Both the position numbers and the translations under genes were made by a program. The notes under the pieces were generated by a model, which was not told where the DNA came from, searched no databases, and saw only the letters and a program-made list of their open reading frames with translations. This document shows positions 41,460 to 54,600 of a stretch of DNA of 64,000 bases, in pieces. Every line of letters starts with the position of its first letter. Within the stretch, counting starts at the first letter, position 1. This DNA is from the human T2T-CHM13v2.0 reference genome, Homo sapiens, in the NCBI RefSeq assembly GCF_009914755.1, contig NC_060944.1; one strand, given 5' to 3'.

Positions 41460-41686
41460 GATAGGTAATTGCCAATTACCAGAGTCTTTAAAATTCTGCT
41501 GGTAATAGGACTTGGACTTCTGATTTTTGGCTGTGCCTAGTGTCACCCAGAATAAAAACCTATAGTTCCCAGTCTCCCTTGTAGCTAAGTGTGACTGCAT
41601 TTGTGCTAAATGAGAGGTAAGTGGACCTTTTGCGTCTGATCTCTGGGTTGGCTGCTTAAAGAAAGCACACGAACCTAGAACACAGA

Positions 41687-42049
41687 TGATATGGTCTGGC
41701 TGTGTCCCCACCCAAATCTCATCTTCAATTGTAACTCCCACAATTCCCACGTGTCGTGGGAGGAACTCGGTGGGAGGTGATTGAATTACGGGAGTGGGTC
41801 TTTCCTGCACTGTTCTTGTGATAGTGAATGAGTCTCATGAGATCCAATGGTTTTAAAAACGGGAGTTTCCCTGCACAAGCTCTCTCTGCTGCCATTCATG
41901 TAAGATGTGACTTGCTCCTCCTTGCCTCCTGCCATGATTTTGAGGCCTTCCCAGCCATGTGGAGCTGAAAGTCCCTTAAATCTCTTTCTTTTGTAAATTT
42001 CCCAGGCTCGGGTATGTCTTTATCAGCAGCATGAGAGCAGACTAATACA
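41687..42049 (+). mobile_element. THE1 solo LTR (THE1C-like), nested in an older MLT1 LTR (~41520-42280)
   Basis: tgatatggtctggctgtgtccccacccaaatctcatctt...actaataca; perfect 5-bp TSD acaga. Confidence 0.93.
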
Positions 42050-42739
42050 ACAGATCTGACTGGTGCTCCAGCAGCCATCTTGGACCATGAGGTAGGTTGT
42101 GAGGATGAAGCCATGAATTAAGATGGCAGAGCAGAAAATTAGAAGCCTAGATCCTTAGGGGCAGAGTAAGACAACTACCACCCTGTCTTTGGATGGCTGA
42201 CCTTCAGACTTTCAGATGAGAGAAAAACTTTTATCTTCTTTAAGCCACTATTATTTGGGGTTTTTCTGTTATATGCAGCTGCTCTTAAGTATCCTAAGTA
42301 TAGGTAGGCACCATACCCATGTCACAGATGAAGGAACTGAGGCACAGAGAAGGTGATAAGTTGCCCAGATGGAGGTCTCACAGCTGACTAAGTAACTGGG
42401 TTGGGCTCTGAGCTGGAGCCAATCCCGGCCCCTCTGCCCAGCACGTGCTGCCTCTTGCCTGGTGGCATGAGAATTCTCCTTTGTCCCAGATAAATAAGAA
42501 GGCAGCAGATGTCTTCCCCAGGGGAAGTGAGTGTTTGTCCTCTCAGCCACCTCCACATGCAACCTTGACTGGGTGCCACTTCCCGCTCTAAACACCAGAC
42601 AGAGTGGGCTTGTGCGCCCATCCCACGGCCAGTCTCTGCAGAGCAACCTCCCAGGACGAGGAGGAGGAAGGGGCAGCAGCTTGATTGGTGCAAGGTGGGA
42701 CTGGAACCCTGCTTCCTCCAGGTACCCTTAACCCTCCCC

Positions 42740-43480
42740 ACCGTGGCTTCCCCTGGTATCTGCATTTCCAATGGCCCCCAGTGCACTTTGGATGAAGCCC
42801 AGGGTCCCTCTGTGGTCCTCAATGCCATGCACAACCAGCCTGCTCCTTCTCTGCTAACGTCCTGCCTGCCTCCCTGTGCCGCAGCCACGTGGCCTTCTCG
42901 CTGTTCCTCCCGCCTGCCACCCCAGGGCCTTTGCACACACTCCTCCCTCAGGTGGAAGACCTCTTCCCTGCAGTACCTCCATCCCTGTCAGCCCACGTTG
43001 CCTGCATTCAGGTCTCAGCTGAAAGGGCCTTCCTCAGGGTCTGTCCCTGACCACCCTGTCCTCCCTGTCCCCCTACATGCTGTGGCTTCCCGACACACGT
43101 CATTCCTTGGCATTAAATGGCTCGATCAGGTCTGGCTTCTCCACTAAACACGGTAGGCACAGTGACTAGGCCCATGGGACTTTCGGGGCCACAAACATAT
43201 TTTAATGTCTTTCAAAGTCAGAACAAATGAATGTAACTATTCCTGGATGATATTCACCTTGATGCCAACACAGTCAAAAACAACAATTTGTCTTATTTCT
43301 GGATGGAGGAGGGACCACAGCCATGCTGGCATGGGGCTGGGTCCTGTTTGTTTGCTGTATCCCCTGATCAGGACCCACTCCCGTGAGCGCAGACTTCTGT
43401 TCTGTTACCTGTACCCACTGCCCGCCATGGTGCCTGGTGTACGGTGGACACACGATGAATTAGTGAGTGAGCAGATGAAG
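42740..43480 (+). mobile_element. L2 fragment interrupted by an ORSL-like hAT MITE (~43128-43330)
   Basis: cagggcctttgcacac...ttcaggtctcagct; ggtaggcacagtgactaggccca. Confidence 0.6.
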
Positions 43481-43869
43481 AATGAACACTTCCGGCCAAA
43501 GAGGAAGCTCGTGCTGTCCCCAGAGCCCACCCTGCTCCTAGAAAGGGCATCGCATCGCACTTTGGCTGCCCCAAGCCACCGTGGTCATCCTTATTTATGG
43601 CCACCTGCTCCTGGATGGGGGACTCTGGCCTGGAGCCCCCGTCCAGCTGCCAGCCCCCTTGCAGAGAGTGCCCCCAGCAGTGCACATGAGAAGGGTTGGA
43701 GCTGGTGGGAAGCTGAGGTTGAGTTCCAGCCGTAGGAGCTCCAGAGTTCACTCTGCCCAGCATGGGCGGCAGCAGTGGCACCAACCAGGAACAGTGAGGA
43801 CCAACTGAGGCTGGACGGAGAAGCTCTGTGGGGCCTGAGAACCCTGTGGTGGGAAAGGGAGAGGGTCTT

Positions 43870-44640
<771 letters not shown>

Positions 44641-46514
44641 GCTCACTGTCTCCAAAAGATCTGAACAGAGGGCAGGACTCAAAACATGCCTGTGAGAATC
44701 CACTCTGTAGATGGCCCCGGTGACCACTGCTAACCCTCCCAGCCCCCCAGCACGGTCCACACACTATTGTCACCAGGCGATGGAGGAGAAGACAGAGGGA
44801 AAGGACTACCCGTGTGCAGCGTCCACGGTACAGCAGGCTGGCCATCGGCCCCACCCACCAGAGAAGCTAACACTCAGCGTTGGTGCGCACAGAGGAAGGC
44901 CCTCAGGCAGTCTGGAAGCAGGAGGGAGACCGAGCCCTGAGCAATGGTCCAGGAACTCAGTCGTCAGGGCCCAACACACAGGATGGCGGACGGACACTGG
45001 CAGGCTCGGAGCTGCAGGCCAGGAATCCCCATGTTTCTCCAGCAGCCCTGGGAGATTCCAGCTCAGGAAAGCCTGGGGTTGAGCCCAGGTTTTGAGGTTT
45101 AAATTTCAGTTCCAGTAACTATTAGCTGGGGACTTTGAGTAAATTCCTTCACCTCTCTGTGCCTGACAGTGAGCGGGACTGAGAAGAGAGGCAACGAGAA
45201 AACGCTCCAGGGGGAAAATGAGCAAGAGAGGTGGTAAACCAGGAGGGGGGAAGATGAAGAGGAAAGGTGAGGCCATTTGTGGTGCTATAGCCACAGACGC
45301 ACGTGCCTGTAGGGCCTGCCCAGAGGGCCAAAAGGGAAAGTGGGACAGCGGTAACGAAAGAATGTTTGTCCTTTCCAAAGTGCCCGGCTCTCCCAGGCTA
45401 GCCTCTACTATCCTGCTCTTAATAGGGACATTAGGGACATGGATGCACATAAATACGCATCTACAATTTTAAAAACAGCAACTGACATTCACCCTTTTGT
45501 AAGAGAGGCAATAGGGAGCAGTGGAGACTGGGCACCAGCTGTCCCTCTGCAGCCACCCAGAGCAGCCATGTGTGTGTGGGGCCCAGAGTGGCCAGGCCTG
45601 CCGATTCTCAAGAGAAGCCAGATTTGGGGAGTTTTTCTTCACCCTCATCTTCTGATATTCAAAAACATGTTGGCAACGAATCCACATTTTAAGACATGGA
45701 TAAACACCACCATGCCAGGGGAATAAGACCCGTGTGCAGGCCACATCTAGACCTCCAGTGTGTGGCTCTGGCCTTCAGCCTGGAAAATGGAACAAACGCT
45801 AAACTGCTTGTCCGGACAATGGCGGGAGGGTCTGGAAATCACAAGGACTGGGACTTGTTAGGAGCAGCCGCTTTATTCCAGGCAATAGGGGAAGAATGGG
45901 CGGCCTGTCCAAGTATCAGGCTGGGATTCCAACAACAGCCATCAGGTGACCTGAGTGTGCACTTCAAAGAGGAAAGGCGTCCAAACTGCTGCTCCACGCT
46001 ACGCAGCCGAGTGCTGCTCCATGCTCGGCGAGACACTGGGCCCTGGCCGCCTTCGCCAGGCCTGCTGGGGGCCATCCACGTCCACAGTCGCGCTCCAGCA
46101 ACTGCCCCAATCATTTGCACTGGACAGTGTCAGCTCTGGGGCCGGCACCGCTTTAAAGTTTTGGGCGTGCACCTCCTGCCCTTTTTCTCTCTATGGTGCC
46201 TCTATTTTATTGGGATGACTAAATCTTTCAACTATGTTAGCAGTAAACACAGCTAATTTACCCCCTGCCTCTTTGAAACAGCTGCTGACAGCTGCACTGT
46301 AATTCAATCAAGGACCTTTGTAGTCGAGCCTACCAAATTCACATGTGTTGCTTGGTTCCATCTCTCCTGCCCAGAGCCCCACACAGCTGCACCAAATATT
46401 GACGAGCGGCCACTTCCCCCCAAGGCCTGGATGCTAAACAGAGCGTTCACGGTGGAGACGAAGGCAGGGAGCTCTTAGCAGTGTGAGAGAACTTCAGTGT
46501 CCAAGAACTGAGAG

Positions 46515-46577
46515 AAAAACACAACACACACAGACAGACACAGGCTAAAGAGCCAGAACCAAACGTCTCCTTTTATT
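46515..46577 (-). terminator. Distal polyadenylation signal with GU-rich downstream element
   Basis: AATAAA at 46572-46577; downstream TGTGTCTGTCTGTGTGTGTTGTGTTTTT (about 46515-46542); upstream TGTA motifs. Confidence 0.88.
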
Positions 46578-46805
46578 GCAAGGTCAAACCCTTTTCATTT
46601 TGTCTATTTATACAGAATTTTCACTAAGGACTGCTCGACGCAACAGCCGTGAGTACATTGGTCCAACCATTAATAAATAGTCTTAAATAAGAAAACAAAC
46701 AGGTTGAAGGAAAGCAAGCTCATCGTCCTGAACGAGGGATTAAAGGGGGGGGGTGTTCAAAAGAGCTTTGGATGGAAATAAATAATCTCTTTGCTTTGTA
46801 ACAAC

Positions 46806-46813
46806 TATTTACA
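46806..46813 (-). promoter_or_regulatory. Pumilio-binding element TGTAAATA in distal 3' UTR
   Basis: Exact match to UGUAHAUA in AU-rich context; function not shown. Confidence 0.5.
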
Positions 46814-47420
46814 GGTTTAAATGTACAAATGATGCTAACCAGAGGCTGGTTGGGTCAGAAAACTCACACCAAGAGGGATCACACAAAAAGCCCCAGCTCT
46901 GCCAGCAAATGAAACCAAACATAACAAAAAATACTCCTCCCCAGTGACTAGAGAGTGGAGGCTGCAGCCCAAGCTACTAAAGAAGAAAAACATCAAAGAA
47001 AATAAAAACAGAGCCCCGGTGTTTCCAGGAACTGTCTGAGTCAAGATGGAGACACAGTCCCCCACAAGACCGGGTTCCACATGGCCACAGTTTTCGATCA
47101 CCTTGTTTTCTTTACAGATGCAGAAAACCTTTGCAGACAGTCTAGCCCTCCCCGAGGCCTTGTGTTTGTGGCCGGAGGCTGAGTGCATACTATTTATGGG
47201 ACTCACCAGCCAAGGCAAGGCAGGCTTACACCAAGAGCCATGTCAGAAATGCCACCTCCAAATCGGGACACTTGGTTAGGATGTCACCCTCAACAAGGCT
47301 TCTATTTGCAATGTAAGTCCAGCACATCCTGCACCCATCAGACCTCCTATTATGCCATCTCCCCCTTAATTCAAGGAGCAAATTTGTTTGCAGAGACTTC
47401 TGATCAGGGTCTGCAAATGA

Positions 47421-47867
<447 letters not shown>

Positions 47868-48307
47868 TAACAACAGGGTTGAGTTGCAAGTTCCATCCTA
47901 CTTGCTGTCCTTGTCCCCTCTGCAATTTCACATGGATTTACTACCACTGGGGCGAGGTGAAAAGCCAATCCCAAATGTCTGCGGGTATTTGACACACCTA
48001 GTTTCATTTCTGCCACGGCAAATCCAGCTGAACAACAGAACATATTTTTCCTCCAAAGATCAACACACCGCCCTCCTCGGAGCAGACATTTGCTCTTTCC
48101 CCTCCCACTAGATCTTGGATTTGGGCAAACCTCGGTAAACACTGGGCCTCTGCAAGCCTCAGGATGAAAACTGTAGGGAATGGAGAGGGACCTCCCCGCC
48201 CTCCACTTGACACAGCTTCTGTTTACGCATCAGGATAAACCGAGAAATGGGGATAAATTGTTTAGGAAAATATATCTGTAACGTCCTAACCATTTTCATT
48301 CATTCGT

Positions 48308-48325
48308 TTTATTGTGACATTTATT
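48308..48325 (-). terminator. Proximal polyadenylation signals (two AATAAA)
   Basis: mRNA sense TGTAATAAATGTCACAATAAA; hexamers at 48320-48325 and 48308-48313, ~430 nt after the stop. Confidence 0.8.
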
Positions 48326-48756
48326 ACAGGAACTTCCGGGTCAATTTTCCTTTCGCACAGACACCAATGTGCCCACCCCTTGCCACGCCCCCTTCCTCCC
48401 ACGGCTGGGTGGCCTGGCTGGTGGGCGCTCATAATTACCTCTGGAAACGAGTCCGTGCATGGCTGAGACTTCCCAGCCAATGACCTGGCCCGGCCATTTT
48501 TCTTTATGCGTTGTTTTTTTTTCCTGCTAGGTTTTGCCTGCACAGCTTGTAGGATCTTGTTCATTGGATGCTGCCACTGAAAAACTGATCAAAAGCCATA
48601 TGCTGCTCATGTTTCCTAATACTCTCACACCTTTAAAGTTGGGGATAGGGAGGGGAAGGTCTCACAAAAGGCAGTTGGTCTGCTGGTTCCTGGCCAAGGC
48701 GAGCAATGGAGGATCCAGAAAAACTTGGCCCCAAAGGGTCTGAATTCTCGGAGGAG

Positions 48757-48906
48757 CTAGTGGCAGCCACAGGCCCGGACCACCATGTTTCTGTATTTCT
48801 TCAGGATGACGTTGGAGCTGTCATCGAAGTAGAGGACGGAGATGGCATTGAGCTGCGTGGGCGCACAGCAGGGCTTGGGCACCGTTTCCGGGTTGATGAA
48901 GTGGAC
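48757..48906 (-). CDS. BMP7: BMP7 exon 7 coding part (150 nt incl. TAG)
   Basis: Acceptor ttcag|GTCCAC; [49 protein letters not shown], terminal CxC of TGF-beta family. Confidence 0.99.
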   Translation of the reverse strand, partial: VHFINPETVPKPCCAPTQLNAISVLYFDDSSNVILKKYRNMVVRACGCH

Positions 48907-49300
48907 CTGAAACACACACCAAAACATGGGCAGTGGTGAGAAGCGGTGAGTCGTTCTAACTGGCCTCCACGTTTCTATAAAGAAACATCCTGTCTGGGCA
49001 TAATGAATGACTGCAGGTGACACTCCCCAAGCCAAGCACTCCCTGTTCTAAGCACTTTACATGGACAACTCAGTTCTGGGATTATCCCTGTTTTGCAGAC
49101 AAGGGAACCAAAGCATAGAGGTTTTCACATTATACAGTGGGGAAGGAAGGGGCCAGATCCGACATTCAGGACCAGGTAATTCTCTGTTGGGGAACTGCCC
49201 TGTGCACTGTAGATTGCTGAATAGTGTCCCTGACTTGGACCCACTAGAAGTGCTCCATCTTGCTCATGGACTTCTCTGCACCTTACAGAGGATGTGGGAC

Positions 49301-49600
49301 AGGGACACACAGACTCAAATGCCTATGAGTGCCACGTGAGTGCCACTGATAAGCAAAATAGACCGAGGTAAGACAATAGGGAATAGTGGGGACTAAGGCA
49401 AACTAAGGGAAGAGGCCGCCACTCAACCTAAGCTGACGGCAGCCAACCAAGATCAGTGTTAGCAGATCTGCCACGTGTTCAAGACAGGCCAGAGATTCCA
49501 CTGTCCTGTTGTTTTCAACGTGAAACTTCTGGGTTTCCAGCAACTGTAGGTGCCAGGCAAGAGCATCAGTGACTGGCACTCTGTTCACAGCCTCCAGGCT
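49301..49600. mobile_element. MER102-like hAT MITE (intron 6)
   Basis: actcaaatgccta...gtggggact..ggcaaact...cagtgttagcagatct. Confidence 0.55.
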
Positions 49601-50675
49601 GTGACTGCTGACATAGGCCAGCATGCTTTTTACACATTTTATGATGGACAATTTCAAACTCTTACACATCCATACCCTTCCCCACCTGCTCCACCTTGAA
49701 TGATTTTAAAGCAAATTCCAGCCATCAGCTCATTTCCTCTGGAAGCATTTCATCAGGACTCTCTAGAAGACAGTTGCCCCCTTTTAAACATGACCACAAT
49801 CGCATCATTTCACAATCCCTGGAGAATTCACTTTGATCCTGCAGATCTCTGGTGAAATACTGATGGAAGTAGGTGCACACAGGGCGATGGCACTCCTGTT
49901 CCATGGGCCATGAAGGCAGGGGTTGGAGAAGGATAGAGATGTGTCCCCTGGCAGCCGGGGAGACATGCCTGGCACCTTCCAGGGGATACTGGCACAGCAC
50001 AGCACATCCAGGCCAGGGAACAGGTTGGGGAGGACTCTTCTGTTTCCAGCCTAAGGACCTTCAATCCCAAGTAGGGCTTTGAAGTTTACAATTGAGGAGG
50101 GGAGCAAGGGCTTTGGAAAACCAACACTTAAAAAAACAAACAAAGAAACAAAAACCCCTGCCCTCAAAGAGCAGAATCAAATGAAAGGGATAGATGAGAT
50201 TTTTCTCCAGGACTTAACACACAGGACAGGGACAAGAAAAGAAGGAGGCAGATTACTAAATGAAAGGAGGGAGTAGTCCTGGTAGTGAGCTCTCTGTCAC
50301 TAGAAGCATTCAAGGCAGGGTGGATGATCAGTACGCAGGAAAGGCTCAGATGATGTTCATGACAGGGAGCTACATAACCAAGGTCCTTGAACCTTGGATT
50401 CTAAGCAAAAGAACAAAATCCCTACAGCTCTTATCACTATGGTTGCTGTTGGCAGAGCAGGAATAACACCTACTGAGTGTCGCCACGTGCTGGGCACGTT
50501 AATCTCATTATCACATGGAATCTTCCTGGTGACCCCACTGAAATTTAACTTGAAATGGCCCCATGGGTCCCCACTCATCTCTCCATCCCATTATCCTGCT
50601 GGCCAGCTTCTGATCACTGTGCCCCTCACTGAAATTTCTCATCTGTTTACCTGTTTCCTCTACTGGAAAATGAAG

Positions 50676-50895
50676 CAGGGCCCAGTGCTCTTAGGCACCG
50701 TAACCAGCACCCACAATACTACAAGCATCCTCAAAGGAGCCCATACAACTTTTAGTTACTTTAAAAATTAGGAGAAATAAATGAACTCCAGGGTCGAAGA
50801 TTATACTCCTCTTTATACCAAACCAGTCATAAAGTACAATTTTTGATTTTTTTTTAACGGCGCAAGGGGCCCCCAAAAGTCATGACATGGCAATG
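50676..50895. mobile_element. ORSL-like hAT-Tip100 MITE (intron 6)
   Basis: aaatgaactccagggtcgaaga...tctttataccaa..cagtcataaa...ggggcccccaaaagtcat. Confidence 0.6.
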
Positions 50896-50997
50896 GGCTG
50901 ACATCTACTCAGGCCCCAGCTTGGAGGCAGCAGGATCTGGTGGCCCCACAGCCTGCCCGGCCCAGGTGACCACACCCCAAGATGGCGTGACACCCAC

Positions 50998-51108
50998 CAG
51001 CGTCTGCACGATGGCGTGGTTGGTGGCGTTCATGTAGGAGTTCAGAGGGAAGGCACACTCCCCCTCACAGTAGTAGGCGGCGTAGCCTTCAGGCGCGATG
51101 ATCCAGTC
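50998..51108 (-). CDS. BMP7: BMP7 exon 6 (111 nt)
   Basis: Acceptor ctcag|GACTGG, donor CTG|gtgggt; [37 protein letters not shown] (CxGxC motif, NAT sequon). Confidence 0.99.
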
Positions 51109-51326
51109 CTGAGGAGGAGAAGAGAGTGTGGGAAACCATGCAGAAGGCCTGAGCCACAGCATCCCAACCCCCATGCTGGCCAGAAACCACCACGCCAGGC
51201 TCACGACCCAAGGTGGAAGCCTCAGACCATGCCTTCTGAGCAGCAGGGGGCCCAGCAGGGGCAGGAAACATGGGTGGCCTCTCATGGTCCCAAAAGAATG
51301 GAAAGAAGGACCACTCTATAGTCTTG

Positions 51327-51457
51327 GCCTATAGTCCAAGCTTAGTAGACTGAGTGGGAAGACGGCTCAAAGCTGCGGTGAGCTATGATCACACCACTGC
51401 ACCCCAGCCTGGGTGACAGAGCAAGACCCCATTTCTAAAAAAACATAAAATAAAAAT
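51327..51457 (+). mobile_element. Alu right-arm fragment (AluJ/FRAM), intron 5
   Basis: gctgcggtgagctatgatcacaccactgcac...gacagagcaagaccc + A tail. Confidence 0.85.
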
Positions 51458-52728
51458 GAAGGAAAGCCCCACGGGGCTTGGCTGATCCTAAAATGGACAT
51501 CCATGGCTGTGTCTTCTGGACAGAACGCGGCACAGGAAGGAGCCTCCGGTGTGAGGCAATCATCAGCTCTACCCCCACTAGGTGGTCACACACTGGCAGT
51601 TCACCTTAAACAAACCTCCATGCCTCGGTTTGCCCACCTGCCAGAGAGGCTAATAACTCATAATGGCATCACCCATGCTGGCTCCGGGTGCACTGGTCAG
51701 TAAGGGATCCATGTGCCATCCTTGCCTCTAGGGTCTGGGTGGCACAGAAATGTTGCCCAATAATCAATATACTCCTCAGTGATGCTTAAGCACATGGAAT
51801 CTTCCAGCAGAGGCCCCTGGAGTTTGGGTTCTGTCCCAGCTGCAGGTGGATGTGGTCATCAGTCCTGAGGGCAGGCTCACAGGAGGGCTCAGAGCTGGCT
51901 GTGTGCACGTACGCCCTGAGTGTGTCTGGGCATAATCCCCAGGGAAGATTCTGGACTCTCCCACTGAACTACAAGCTCCCTGAGGGTAGAATACCACCAG
52001 TTGCCCTGATGACCTCATGACAATACCCTCTCCAGGGATATTTGAGCCCCACAGGGCAGACACATTGCAGTGTTCATCGCTGCATCTCCAATCCAGTACC
52101 TAGAACAGGGCCCAGAACGCTGCAGATGCTGCATGACTGCTGAATGAGAATCACACCAGAGCTCACGGCAGGTGGATCACATGACCCTCACTCCTCTCCT
52201 AGGATTCATCCCCTGCCTTTTGCCTCACTCCATGCAAATGGCTCCAGAGGGGGCAGCCATGTGCCAGTAACATGACCCCACCCCTGAAACAGTTGACTGG
52301 TTCAGGAACAAGTGCCTGAACCAAGCTGGGCAGATCCGTCCCTCCCGTGGGAATGGGAATGGGGTAAATGAAGTCAGAGGGCAGAGGGGGAGATGGCTCC
52401 CCAGGTATCTACATTCAAACACACGGCCCGGCATCATCTTGAGAAGCAGCCAGCCAAGGGATGGGAATGAGGTGCATGCAGAGAATGGGGTTCAGAGTCC
52501 AAAGTGTTTGGGTTCCTGGTTCAAGTTCAAGTCTCAACCACATTTCTGCTCTCGGATTTCATGAGGCCTCCCTGTATCCTTAGCCCAAGTCCCCTTCCCT
52601 AGCGAGGCCACTTGATACTGGAGTCTTAACTGGCAGAGATGAGAAACAAGACTGAGCACAGACCCGCTGCCTCGTGGGAGCCCACGCCAGAGGGCCCACA
52701 CCCAAGACAGACCCAGCCAGCCCCTTAC

Positions 52729-52805
52729 CTGCCAGCCCAGGTCTCGGAAGCTGACATACAGCTCGTGCTTCTTACAGGCCTGCCTCTGGTCGCTGCTGCT
52801 GTTCT
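52729..52805 (-). CDS. BMP7: BMP7 exon 5 (77 nt), first cystine-knot Cys
   Basis: Acceptor tgcag|AGAAC, donor GGCAG|gtaagg; [26 protein letters not shown]. Confidence 0.99.
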
Positions 52806-54545
52806 CTGCATTGACAAGGAAGTGAAGAAGCAGAGCCCAGTGAGGAGAAAGAAACACACACACATCAAAGTTCCCTCCATCTTAGGCAGTGATGTGAACA
52901 GCAATGAAGCACAGACGGCTGGGGGGTAAATTTCCCGATTCAAAAGCCAGTTCGAGGGTCTAACTGCCTTAAAACTCATTTCTACCCCCAGCAAAGGCCC
53001 TACTAAGGGAGGTGCCAATGCCCCATTCCTCTCTCATGTAGTCTTATCCCATAATACTTTCTGGAACCTTCTGCGGACACTGGTTTCTTTTATACACGTG
53101 TGTTGTTTAAATGCTGACATCTGCCTGGATTCCATAAGGGAATCAAACCCCATCCACCTCACACAAGGCCACTGCAGGCGCCCTGCTCAAAGAGATCTGC
53201 TTATGAACAACCTCAACTCGTGAGGCCCCAACACACTCATCCCTCTGCAGGGGCAAGAGGATGCGGGACAGGGCCTGGGACAAGCAACCATCACCACCAC
53301 CAGCAAGAAGAAATGAGACAGCAGAGAGTCAAAACCTGATGACCTTTCAGAAGAAAACACTCCCGAGGTTTCTTTGAGTAGTGAAAATGATACAGGGGGT
53401 TTTCCAGAACTACGTAAATTTGGAAGCATTCGGGTCAGGGCCTGAGCACTTGTAAACATTGCAGAAGTGTCTGTCTGTCTGTCTTGTCTCTCTCTCACAC
53501 ACACTGCAACCTTCCTTCCACCCCACAACAGAGGGATTGCTTTTTTCCTAGTCATGACCTGTCTTTCCTCCACCTACAACTTCCCAGGGGCTCTCTGTCA
53601 TACTCAGAGCAGGGCCCAGGCTGTGCCTGTGGCCCACAGGGCCCGGTGTGCTCTGACAACTGATTGACCAAACACCAAGCTCACTCCCACCGCAGGGCTC
53701 TTGCATGTGCCGTTTCCTCCACCTGCAATGCCCCTCCCTGCAATCTTTGTTGTGTCTGGCTCAAGCCTTGGTTCCAATGTCACCTTCTCAAAGAGGCTTT
53801 GTAAAGTCACTATTAGATCCCCAAAGCTAAGCTCATCAGTGCACATCCTGTCCAGGAGTCAGGAAGTGGTTCAGGAAGGGCAAGTGACCCAACACAAACT
53901 AAAAGACATAGAGACTTCTGGAAAAAGTTCCCACATTCCTAAGAAAGACCCATGGAGAGACATTCATTCTCTTCCTCCTACTGCCCAGGAGCAAAAAATA
54001 ATGAAGCCCCCCTGGCCAACTACAGCTGTGGCCTTGAGAGGAAGCAGCACTGAAGATGGTGGGGTGGGGCAGAAGGAGCTGGGGCTCAGAGGACACTGTT
54101 GAGCTCCTGGATCAACCAACCCTAATGTCCACCCAACCTTAGCTCTGCGGGCTGGTGAATTTTCTACTGGTTGAAGCGCATTTGACTTGGGTTTCTGATG
54201 TCTACAGCCAAACCTCAACCCATCCCAACTGGCTGCCCTGTGAAGGCTCATCCCATATAGAAAACGGCAGTCTGCTTGAGCCCAGGTGTCGCCCTTAGAG
54301 GTGTAGACCCTGGAGCACAGTCAGCCTCTGAGTGGAGTCTAACTCGTGAGTCAAGACCAGGTCTTGGGGACTGCTCTAGCTCTGGAGTCAAACCCCAGCT
54401 CTCCTAGATCTTGGACTCCTGGTTTGCAAAATGAAGAGAGCTCCTATACCTCCTGGGGTAGGCTTGAGTGTTCATGGCAGTTTCATATTTTATTCTTCTT
54501 CTTCTAGCCCACTTGTTAGGGAAATTTGAAACTACGCACATTCTC

Positions 54546-54549
<4 letters not shown>

Positions 54550-54598
<49 letters not shown>
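54550..54598 (+). repeat. (CA)24 microsatellite, intron 4 ((UG)24 in pre-mRNA)
   Basis: Perfect dinucleotide run. Confidence 0.98.

Positions 54599-54600
<2 letters not shown>

Noticed and set aside
45696-46256. 186-aa ORF downstream of BMP7
   Set aside because: No recognisable homology, begins in a MITE-like remnant, no promoter or splice support; chance ORF in GC-rich DNA
52793-52805. Tandem alternative acceptors (AG, CAG CAG CAG) at the start of exon 5
   Set aside because: Downstream AGs at +2, +7, +10 and +13 would all shift frame; no sequence evidence of use
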